Source: a bacterium (GTDB lineage: Bacteria > SAR324 > JACQKK01). From it: DNA of 51,890 nucleotides. The translations under genes and the position numbers were made by a program. Positions 1-7,650 of this stretch are shown in pieces. A model generated the notes under the pieces. The model made no database searches. It worked only from the letters and a program-made list of their open reading frames with translations, and was not told where the DNA came from. The stretch lies in contig JBGOTW010000002.1 of the NCBI GenBank assembly GCA_041476685.1, forward strand, positions 1 to 51,890. The letters run 5' to 3'. Each line of letters opens with the position of its first letter. Position 1 is the stretch's first letter.

Positions 1-572
1 AGCACCGCCGCCACCATGGCGATGTTCAGCAGGACCGGCGAAGCCGCCGGTGACCAGAAACGCTTCTCCGCGTTGAGAATGCCCATGGCCCACGCCACCA
101 CCGACACGAACGCCAGGTACGGAAATGTCCAGCGCGTGAACAGGGCGGTCAGGGCGAGCTGGTCAGGGCGATGCTCGTAGCCCGGGGAGAACAGCAGCGT
201 GACTTCGCGGCTGTACACCATCCCCACGGTGCTAAGCGCAACGGTCCCGGCCAGCACCAGCCCTAGCACCTTAGCCGCGAAGCGCCCGGCGGCCTCACGC
301 CCACGCCGCTCGCGGACCTCCACATAGACCGGGATGAAGGCGATCGTCATCGAGCCCTCGGCCGTCAGCCGCCGCAGGGCGTTGGGGATGCGAAACGCCT
401 GCACCCACGCGTCGGTGGCGCCGCTCGCCCCGAACAGGTGGGAGATCACCAGGTCCCGCACCATCCCCATCATGCGCGAGAGCAGAGTGAAGAAAGTCAC
501 GACGCCCGCGGACCCGTAGAGGTTGTCCGCTTCCCCGGCCACGCTTGCCGGAGCAGGCGCGTGCGCGGGCAT
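1..572 (-). CDS. murJ: Lipid II flippase MurJ/MviN, N-terminal ~190 codons (the gene runs off the left edge of the window)
   Basis: This CDS is absent from the ORF track because it is open at the window edge. Hand translation of the minus strand from the ATG at 572-570 gives MPAHAPAPASVAGEADNLYGSAGVVTFFTLLSRMMGMVRDLVISHLFGASGATDAWVQAFRIPNALRRLTAEGSMTIAFIPVYVE...RFWSPAASPVLLNIAMVAAV with no stop. The TLLSR..G..RD..FGA..DA...AF.IPN.LRR..AEG and PA..PVLLNI blocks are MurJ N-terminal signatures. The tracked ORF 295..714(-) is in another frame. Confidence 0.85.
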   Translation of the reverse strand, partial: MPAHAPAPASVAGEADNLYGSAGVVTFFTLLSRMMGMVRDLVISHLFGASGATDAWVQAFRIPNALRRLTAEGSMTIAFIPVYVEVRERRGREAAGRFAAKVLGLVLAGTVALSTVGMVYSREVTLLFSPGYEHRPDQLALTALFTRWTFPYLAFVSVVAWAMGILNAEKRFWSPAASPVLLNIAMVAAV

Positions 573-768
573 AGCCTGCGGAGCGTGTGGCGGGGGGGGC
601 GATGGCGGCGAAGGTGTCACAGGGCCGGAGGCGGCTGGGAAACCAGGAATGGGGCGGCGAGTCGTCCGGGTTATCGCAGATCGCCGCGAGCACTTCAACG
701 CGGCGGCCGGGCAAGCCCGCCGCTCATCGCCGTGCGGCGCATCCCCGGGCCCATGTTTCCGGCACGGC

Positions 769-2184
769 TCAACCCCGAACGGCGCGGCCCCGGAACGCGC
801 CCTGGCAGATGCGCTGCAAGACGTCCTGCAGCAGCACGCGCATCACCGGTCCTTGGCGCCTGGCGGCCAGGTCCAGCTCGCTCAGGGAGCGCTGGATGCG
901 CTCGAGCTCCAGCCGCGAGAAGCGCTGGGCCTGGGTAGCCAGACGCTTTGCGAGGAACGGATGGACCTTGAGGCGCTGGGCAAGCTCGGAGTCGGAGGCA
1001 TTGTCCTCCCTAGCGAGGTGCACCTGGCGCAACTGCCGAAAGTGGCGGGCCAGCACCGCGATCATCATAGGATACTCATGGGCCGAATCGGACAGGATGC
1101 GCTCCAGCACGCCAAGCGCACCCGCCAAGTCGCGGGCCGCGGCGCACTCGGCGAGGGTGAAAACGGAACCCTGCTGTTCCAGGCGCACCGTATCGAGCAG
1201 CGCCTCCTCGGAGACAGTCTGCCCGGGCAAGGCGAGCAGCTGGAGCCGGTCCAGCTCCTGGACGAGCCGTCCCATGTCGTTGCCGACGCGCTGGATCAAT
1301 AGCTCTGCGGCGTAAGGGGACAAGGGCAGCTTGCGCTCGCGGCCCATGCCCAACAGCCACTCCACCGGCGCCTGGTCCGCGTACAGGACGTGCTTGTCCA
1401 GGCGCCCCAGGCGGCGCACACGCTCGAGCAACTCCTTCGACAGGTCCGCCTCGCGTGTGCAGTCGGCTGTCAGCAGCAGCGACAGGCCCGGCGGGGGATT
1501 GTCCAACACTCGCTCGAGGATCTGGTGCAGCCGCGCGGCGCCCGAACTCGTGCCCGCGGCGGCGGTCCCTTCCGCACCCTCGGCGGGCGGCTCGGCCTCG
1601 TCGGAGAATGCGAACTTGGTCTTGACGCGGCGCCGCAGGAACGCCCGCACGCCCAGCCTGGCGCCTTCCTCGTCCGCGACGATCGTCACCTCGTCCGCGC
1701 CGGGCGCCAGCTCCACGAGCGGCCCGCCTGCGGCGCGGGGCGAGACGCCCGCGATCCAGCGCGACAGCGGCAGCGCGCCCGGCGCTGCCCCGTCCGCCTC
1801 GGTCACTGCGCGCCACGCCTCCCCGCGCCCATCCTCCACACGCCGCAGCCGAAGCTCTTCCAAGGAGCGCAGCAGCGCCTGGGCCGAGCGATCCGGCAGA
1901 CGCACCGCCTCCAAGTGGTCCAGGCGCACCAGGTATCGCTCGCTCAGCAGCGGCGCTGACATGCAGGCCTCGTGGAAGCCTTCCACCCGCGCCAGCACCG
2001 CCTCGCCCCCGCCCGCCTTGAGCAGCTCCGCCGCGTCGAAACGCTGCAGAGAGAAGTCGCGCGGGCCCTCGCCCAACACGAGGTCCCCGTATGCCGCCGC
2101 GGCATGATCCACCCCATAGGCCTGGTTGCCGTAGATCAGCAGGACCTGCGGCGCGGCGCGGGACGGAGCGGGCTTTGCGGCCAT
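769..2184 (-). CDS. holA: DNA polymerase III delta subunit (HolA) with a large internal insertion
   Basis: 471 aa. The N-terminus VLLIYGNQAYGVDHAA and the C-terminal half (LIQRVGNDMGRLVQELDRLQLL...VFTLAECAAARDLAGALGVLERIL...VHPFLAKRL...LSELDLAARR) follow the HolA pattern. It lies 7 nt downstream of ptsP on the same strand. Confidence 0.8.
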   Translation of the reverse strand: MAAKPAPSRAAPQVLLIYGNQAYGVDHAAAAYGDLVLGEGPRDFSLQRFDAAELLKAGGGEAVLARVEGFHEACMSAPLLSERYLVRLDHLEAVRLPDRSAQALLRSLEELRLRRVEDGRGEAWRAVTEADGAAPGALPLSRWIAGVSPRAAGGPLVELAPGADEVTIVADEEGARLGVRAFLRRRVKTKFAFSDEAEPPAEGAEGTAAAGTSSGAARLHQILERVLDNPPPGLSLLLTADCTREADLSKELLERVRRLGRLDKHVLYADQAPVEWLLGMGRERKLPLSPYAAELLIQRVGNDMGRLVQELDRLQLLALPGQTVSEEALLDTVRLEQQGSVFTLAECAAARDLAGALGVLERILSDSAHEYPMMIAVLARHFRQLRQVHLAREDNASDSELAQRLKVHPFLAKRLATQAQRFSRLELERIQRSLSELDLAARRQGPVMRVLLQDVLQRICQGAFRGRAVRG

Positions 2185-2191
2185 GAGGAAG

Positions 2192-4510
2192 TCAGTGCGG
2201 CGCGGCGGCCGCTCGTGGGGAAGTCAGCTGCAGGTTGCGCCGCACGTCCACCGCGCTGGTGGAATCGAGCGCGGCCCGGCCGATCTCCTCCAGCTCGGCC
2301 AGCGTGTACTGGGACAGGCGGTCCTTGACGATCGGAATCAGCGGCGCGTTCATGCTCAGCTCGCGCAGGCCCAGGCCCACCAACACCATGCAGCCATCGG
2401 GGTCGGAGGCGACCTCACCGATCAGACCCAGGGGCTTTCCCGCGCGCCGCGCAGCATCCACCAGCATCGCCACCATGCGCAACACCGCCGGCGCGAGCGG
2501 ATCGTACAGGTCGCTCACGAGGGGATTGTTCCGGTCCACCGCGAGCACGTACTGGGTCAGGTCGTTGCTACCGATGCAGAGAAAGTCCACCTCGCCCACA
2601 TACAGCTCGCTTTGCAGGATGGCGGCAGGCACCTCGAACAGCATGCCGACCCGCGGCAGGGGCACCTCCTTGCCGGTTTTTCGCCGCAGCTCGGAGTGAC
2701 AATCGAACAGAACGCGCTTCACCTCCTGCAGCTCCTGGAGCTGGGTGATCATGGGTAGCAGGATGCGCACCGGGCCCAGGTGCGCCACGCGCAGAATCGC
2801 AGTGAATTGCTCCCGCAGCAGGTCCGGGCGCCGCAACTGGAAGCGCATGGAGCGGCAGCCGAGGAACGGGTTTTCCTCCTTTGGCATCTCCAGGTACGTC
2901 GGCACGCTGTCCCCGCCCAAGTCCAGCATACGGAACACGACCGGCTGAGGCGCGGCGACCTCGATGCACCTGGCGTACGCCTGCGTCAGCTCATCCACGG
3001 TGGGTCGGGTGGAGCGCATCAGGTAGAACACTTCCGTGCGGTACAGTCCGATTCCCTCCGCGCCGGAGGTGCGGTAGTCCTCCAGGTCCTGGGTAAGGCC
3101 CACATTGGCGCGCAGCGCGACGCGCACGCCGTCGCGAGTGGCGCCGGGCACCAGCCGCAGATCCTCCAGGTGCGACAGGTACTCGCGCCGGGTCTGCTGG
3201 TAGCGCTCGTATTCCTGGCTGAGGGTGCCGGTGGGATTGACGAACAAGCGGCCGTTCTGCCCGTCGAGCAGTGCCTCCTCGCCCTCGTGCAGGAGCGTGA
3301 CGACGCCCTCCACGCCGCTCACCGCCGGGATGCGCAGGCTGCGCGCCAGGATCGCCGCGTGGGAGACATAACCGCCCACGGCGGTGACGATGCCGCGGAT
3401 GCGCCGCGGATCGAGGCGTGCAGTGTCGCTCGGGCTAAGCATCTCGGCCACGAGAATCCCGCTGCGCTTGTGCATTTCCCCGTCATCGAGATGGTAGCCC
3501 AGGTGGCTCAGCAGCCGGTGGCCGACGTCGTCAAGGTCCGCACCGCGCTCCTTCAGGTAAGGATCGTCGATGTTCTGGAACGCCCGGAGGTATTCCTGGA
3601 CGACGTGCCAAACGGCCCAAGCCGCCGTCGACCCGCTGGCGATGGGGTCGCGGATACGCTTGAGGAACGTCCGGTCCTCCAGGAACATCAGGTGCGCGTG
3701 GAAGATCTGCGCCTCCTCCTCGCTCACGCGCGCGGTGATCTGCTCGATCAGCTCGAGGATCTCCGCTTCGGAAGCCGAGAGCGCCTGATCGAGCCGATGT
3801 TGCTCGTCGGCGGGGCTGACCTGGGAAGCCTTGACCGGCTCCTCGCGCGTGCGGCGCGTGAGAATGAACACCTTGTCCTTCGCCAGACCCGGGGCGAGGG
3901 GTACACCTTCGAGTTGCATCGGCTCGCCACGCTTGCGGGTGCCGTCCGCCTGGTCCGCCTCCTTCTGGATGCGATTGACCAGCAGCGCCTTGGAGATCAG
4001 TCCGGAGATCTGCGAGGCGATGGTGATGAGCAGATTCTCCTCCTCCGGATCGAACAGCCGGTTTTCCTGGTTCTGGATCGCCAGCACGCCCAGGGGGCGC
4101 CGGTATTCGATCAGCGGCACGCCGAGGAAGGAGGAGAGCTTCTCCTCGTCGATGGAGGGGAAGTACTTGTAGCGGGGATGCCTGCCGACGTCACGCAGGT
4201 TCACCGGTGCCTGCTGCTCAAGCACCAGGCCAATCATGCCTTCGCTCATCGGCATGCGCACGCGCCCAACGGCTTGAGGATTCAGGCCGTGAGTGGCTTT
4301 CAGCTCCAGCAGGTGGGTGTGCTCGTCGTGGATGTAGATCGAGCAGACGTCCGCACTCATTCGCTCGGCGATCAGGTTGACCGTCTGCTGCAGCGTCTCG
4401 TCGAGGTCGTGGGACGTAGTGATGATGCGGCTGATGTCGATCAGCGTCTGGAGGATCTCGGTCTTGCGACCGCCTCCCGCGTCCGATCGGTTCATCGCCG
4501 GCTTCTTCAT
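2192..4510 (-). CDS. ptsP: Phosphoenolpyruvate-protein phosphotransferase PtsP (GAF domain plus PTS enzyme I, nitrogen-PTS type)
   Basis: 772 aa. It has an N-terminal GAF-like region (VCSIYIHDEHTHLLELKATHGL...FLGVPL), then enzyme I blocks: GGYVSHAAILARSLRIPAV (phospho-His region), GIGLYRTEVFYL and DFLCIGSNDLTQYVLAVDR. Confidence 0.9.
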   Translation of the reverse strand: MKKPAMNRSDAGGGRKTEILQTLIDISRIITTSHDLDETLQQTVNLIAERMSADVCSIYIHDEHTHLLELKATHGLNPQAVGRVRMPMSEGMIGLVLEQQAPVNLRDVGRHPRYKYFPSIDEEKLSSFLGVPLIEYRRPLGVLAIQNQENRLFDPEEENLLITIASQISGLISKALLVNRIQKEADQADGTRKRGEPMQLEGVPLAPGLAKDKVFILTRRTREEPVKASQVSPADEQHRLDQALSASEAEILELIEQITARVSEEEAQIFHAHLMFLEDRTFLKRIRDPIASGSTAAWAVWHVVQEYLRAFQNIDDPYLKERGADLDDVGHRLLSHLGYHLDDGEMHKRSGILVAEMLSPSDTARLDPRRIRGIVTAVGGYVSHAAILARSLRIPAVSGVEGVVTLLHEGEEALLDGQNGRLFVNPTGTLSQEYERYQQTRREYLSHLEDLRLVPGATRDGVRVALRANVGLTQDLEDYRTSGAEGIGLYRTEVFYLMRSTRPTVDELTQAYARCIEVAAPQPVVFRMLDLGGDSVPTYLEMPKEENPFLGCRSMRFQLRRPDLLREQFTAILRVAHLGPVRILLPMITQLQELQEVKRVLFDCHSELRRKTGKEVPLPRVGMLFEVPAAILQSELYVGEVDFLCIGSNDLTQYVLAVDRNNPLVSDLYDPLAPAVLRMVAMLVDAARRAGKPLGLIGEVASDPDGCMVLVGLGLRELSMNAPLIPIVKDRLSQYTLAELEEIGRAALDSTSAVDVRRNLQLTSPRAAAAPH

Positions 4511-4855
4511 CTGGGCTCTTGCGTTCCTGGGGCGCTAATGCGGCATCTGCCGGCCCTCCACCCGGGAAGGCGTCCGGCTGAACGTCGAGGAGCGGCCATG
4601 ATCAGGGAAACGGTATTGCAGGGGCCGTGCGATGCCACGGCGGCGACCCGCTGCTTTTTCAGACTACACCAGCCGTTCGCCTTTTCCCACCGCCCCGCGG
4701 ACGGCTTGACTTCCGGGACCGTTCGCTCATGGTGATGCGTAACCCCTGCCGACAGTTGCCCGGGCAACAGAAGCCCATCGCACTCCCGGCAGGCCCGGCG
4801 AAAGCCGTTCCGGCGGGCCGGGCCCGCTCACGTCCTCCCCAACCGGCGACCGCGC

Positions 4856-5965
4856 TTGACCGCGACACCCATCGTCAACTTCTCCCGCAATCGGCGCCAG
4901 GAATTGGCTGAGCTGGTGGATTCGTCCCTGCGCAGCAAGCTGTTTCCGGGCATGGAGCTGCTCGTTGCGCGGGGGGAGGAGCTGTTGTTGCACGAGGCCT
5001 GGGGCATCCTGGAGGTCGGTCCGGACGCCCCGGCCATGGCGCCGGGCACCGTCTTCGACATCGCCTCTCTCACCAAACCCATCGGGACCGCCACGCTGCT
5101 GCTGGTGCTGCTGGAGCAGGGCAAGCTCACGCTGGAGGACAAGGTCTGCGACTCCTTCCCCGAGTTCGAGACTCCGGAGAAGAAGGGGATCACGCTGCGG
5201 CACCTGCTGACCCACACCGCCGGCCTGCCTGCCTGGGTGGACTTCTACAGCAACACGCGCGGCCAGGCGGAGGCGATGCGCAGCCTGCTCCACACGCCTC
5301 TGCAGCACCCGACGGGAACGGCCATGCTGTACAGCGACCTGGGCTACCTGATCCTGGGCGAGCTGGTGCGGCGGGTGAGCGGCAGCAGCCTGACCGAATT
5401 TTTCCTGCGCAGCGTCAGCCATCCGTTGCATATGACGCACACGGCCTTCAATCCGATCGATCAGGGCATCCCTGGCCCCTTTGCCCCGACCCAGTACTGT
5501 CCGTGGCGCAAGCAGCTGCTGCGCGGCGTGGTGCACGACGAGAACGCGTACGCCTTCGGCGGCGAAGGCGGCAACGCCGGATTGTTTTCCACGGGCGCCG
5601 ACCTATGGCGCTATGCCCGGATGATCCTGGACGGCGGGGAGCTGGACGGGGTGCGCGTGCTGGCCCCGCGCACAGTGGCGCGCATGACTTCCAACCACAA
5701 TCCGCACCGGCTGCCACCGCGTGGGCTGGGTTGGGACATCAAGGGCGAGGGATTCGGCTACGTGAGCTGTGGAGAGCTGATGGCGCCCGGCTCCATCGGG
5801 CACACGGGCTTCACCGGCACGTCCCTGTGGCTGGAACCGGAAAGCGGCTTCCTGGTCATCCTGCTCACCAACCGCGTGCACATGGCGCGGGAGCGCAATC
5901 AACCTGAGATGGTCCGCTTTCGGCCACGCCTGCACAATCTGGTAGTGAGCTTGTTCGGTAAGTGA
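4856..5965 (+). CDS. Serine hydrolase, beta-lactamase/PBP-like (class C / EstB-like family)
   Basis: 369 aa with SxxK (ASLTKP), a YxN-like motif (YSDLGY) and an HTG box (GHTGFTGTS). The tracked start is a TTG, so the exact start is uncertain. Confidence 0.85.
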   Translation: MTATPIVNFSRNRRQELAELVDSSLRSKLFPGMELLVARGEELLLHEAWGILEVGPDAPAMAPGTVFDIASLTKPIGTATLLLVLLEQGKLTLEDKVCDSFPEFETPEKKGITLRHLLTHTAGLPAWVDFYSNTRGQAEAMRSLLHTPLQHPTGTAMLYSDLGYLILGELVRRVSGSSLTEFFLRSVSHPLHMTHTAFNPIDQGIPGPFAPTQYCPWRKQLLRGVVHDENAYAFGGEGGNAGLFSTGADLWRYARMILDGGELDGVRVLAPRTVARMTSNHNPHRLPPRGLGWDIKGEGFGYVSCGELMAPGSIGHTGFTGTSLWLEPESGFLVILLTNRVHMARERNQPEMVRFRPRLHNLVVSLFGK

Positions 5966-5991
5966 CGGCCGACTCGGTCAACCGCATACAT

Positions 5992-7011
5992 CTACTGCTC
6001 CTTTGTTGCCGGCTTGGGCTTCTTGCGCACCAGCACGAACAGCTCTCCGCGCTCCTCCATCTCCTTCGCCGTCGTGGCGATGCGGCGCTGGGCCGCCTCG
6101 ACCAGCGCGATCGAGGTCGGCCCCAACTCGTCAAGGGCCTGGCCGATGGACGCAGCGGCCTGAGGCGAGAGGTTGGCCAGGAAGTGCCGCTTGAGGTCCT
6201 CGTCGGCAAGCTTGAGGGCCAGCACGATGTCTTCTCCCGGCGTGCGCGCCAGCACCTTCTGCATGCCGTAGCTATCCACCTTGATGAAATCGTCGAAGGA
6301 GAAGAGGTGGTCGCGGATGCGCTCGGCTAGGGCGGGGTCCCGGCGCTCGATGTGGCCCAGCCAGCGGCTCTCCGTCGCGCCGGTGGCAGAAGCGAGCAGG
6401 GAGGCCACGCGCTGGGGACCGCTGTCACCGGCAGCGTCCGGGTCCGAGCCGGGCGGCTCGCTGAGCGACTGCTCGATTTCTTCCAGCCAAGCGGTAGGTA
6501 TGGTGCGCAGCTTCGCCAAGCGCGGCTGGAGGTCCCGCTGCAGCGCCTCCGGCAATGCGGCCAGCACGGCCCGTTCCAGCCGCACGTCGCCCAAGTTGGC
6601 TAGAATCACTGCGATCACCTGCGGATGCTCCCCGGCAATGAACGCGGCAATCGTTCCCGGATCGTGCCACTTCAAGCGCTCCAAGGCGCTGCCAGTGCCG
6701 GCCTTGACCATGCCGTCCACGATACCCTGCGCTCTCGCCTCGCCCAGGGCCTTGCCCAGCACCTTTTTGAGGTACTGGACGCGGGTTTCAGGAGGCTCGG
6801 GCAGGATGCGGGCTTTTTCGGCGACGAGGTAGAATTCGCTGGTGACGCGGGTCACGTCCTGGGGCGAGACCTCCTCCAACCGGCTCATGTATGCCGCGAC
6901 TTCCTCGATCTCGTCCTGCGACAGGTTCTTGAGCACCTCGGCAGCCGATTCCTCGCCGAGCGCGAGGAGCAGGATGGCCGCCTTCTGGGGTCCAGTGAGC
7001 CGACGGGCCAT
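5992..7011 (-). CDS. FliG-family protein (flagellar rotor/switch protein homologue), non-canonical context
   Basis: 339 aa, full FliG length. It carries the N-terminal LTGPQKAAILLLALGEESAAEVLKNL, the middle-domain GEHPQVIAVILANL (EHPQ motif) and HLFSFDDFIKVD (MFxF-type motif), and ends in a C-terminal domain with GPTSIALVEAAQRRI..MEERGEL. A GGAGG lies just upstream of the ATG. Confidence 0.85.
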   Translation of the reverse strand: MARRLTGPQKAAILLLALGEESAAEVLKNLSQDEIEEVAAYMSRLEEVSPQDVTRVTSEFYLVAEKARILPEPPETRVQYLKKVLGKALGEARAQGIVDGMVKAGTGSALERLKWHDPGTIAAFIAGEHPQVIAVILANLGDVRLERAVLAALPEALQRDLQPRLAKLRTIPTAWLEEIEQSLSEPPGSDPDAAGDSGPQRVASLLASATGATESRWLGHIERRDPALAERIRDHLFSFDDFIKVDSYGMQKVLARTPGEDIVLALKLADEDLKRHFLANLSPQAAASIGQALDELGPTSIALVEAAQRRIATTAKEMEERGELFVLVRKKPKPATKEQ

Positions 7012-7077
7012 GTGCCTCCGCAGCGAATGCCGCCAAGCGCCGGGGCTTCGCGTGCGCCGTCCGAGGCGCCAAGCCCC

Positions 7078-7650
7078 TTACCGCCTCGGGACCGGAGTCG
7101 CGCCTCTATCCGTGAGATTGTCCCAGTAGGTATCAAACTCCGCGCCGTTTTCAAGCAGCAGCTTGCGCGTCGCGACGACCTCCCCGAACGGGGTCTCCGG
7201 GGCGGCATATGCGCGCAAGGCCAGCCAGTTCGACCGGCGTAGGGGTACGACGACCTGATTGCGGAATTCCTGGGGCGAGTAACCACGTCCTTCGTAGACG
7301 ATCCGGCCGCCCGGCAACACCTCGTAGTTGACGCGCACCGTGCGGCGCAGGTTGCGCCGCTCTTCCTGCCGCTCTAGCTGCGCCTGGCGGTCCTTTTCCT
7401 CCTTCTGGACAGCCATCAGCCGCTCGACCAGCTCGACCATAGCATTGCCGCGCGCCTCGGGGTTGACGACGCCTTCGGGCAGAGCGGCGGAGAGGGAGCC
7501 TTGCACCCGCTCCAATTGCACGCGCGCCTGCTCGCGCTCTTTCTGCACAAAAAAGAGCAGCAGCGTGAAGAAAGCCACCACGAGGAAGAGCAGGTCGATG
7601 GTGGCGATCAGCGGGCCCCAGGACTTGCGTTCGCTCGGGACGGAGCTCAT
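7078..7650 (-). CDS. MotB/ExbD/TolR-like single-pass membrane protein (stator plug/anchor subunit homologue) without an OmpA-type peptidoglycan-binding domain
   Basis: 190 aa. It has one N-terminal TM with an embedded Asp (WGPLIATIDLLFLVVAFFTLLLFF) and a charged helical spacer (EREQARVQLERVQ...QKEEKDRQAQLERQEERR). The C-terminal segment resembles the ExbD/TolR periplasmic fold (WLALRAYAAPETPFGEVVATRKLLLENG). Its ATG overlaps the upstream stop (ATGA at 7647-7650). Confidence 0.7.
   Translation of the reverse strand: MSSVPSERKSWGPLIATIDLLFLVVAFFTLLLFFVQKEREQARVQLERVQGSLSAALPEGVVNPEARGNAMVELVERLMAVQKEEKDRQAQLERQEERRNLRRTVRVNYEVLPGGRIVYEGRGYSPQEFRNQVVVPLRRSNWLALRAYAAPETPFGEVVATRKLLLENGAEFDTYWDNLTDRGATPVPRR

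Noticed and set aside
295-714. A tracked 139-aa ORF at the left end.
   Set aside because: A different minus-strand frame over 1..572 translates into an unmistakable MurJ N-terminus. The tracked ORF is an overlapping shadow frame.
2780-4735. Very long ORFs antisense to or overlapping real genes. Examples: 2780..4735(+) 651 aa opposite ptsP, 12445..13917(+) opposite lpxB, 38250..39731(-) opposite the SBP gene, 44152..45441(-) opposite thiI, 10634..11521(-) opposite icd, and 49844..50974(-) opposite the purM-like gene.
   Set aside because: Their translations are Arg/Ala/Gly/Pro-rich with no motifs, while the opposite strand encodes clearly recognisable proteins. Stop-poor shadow frames like these are expected in high-GC DNA.
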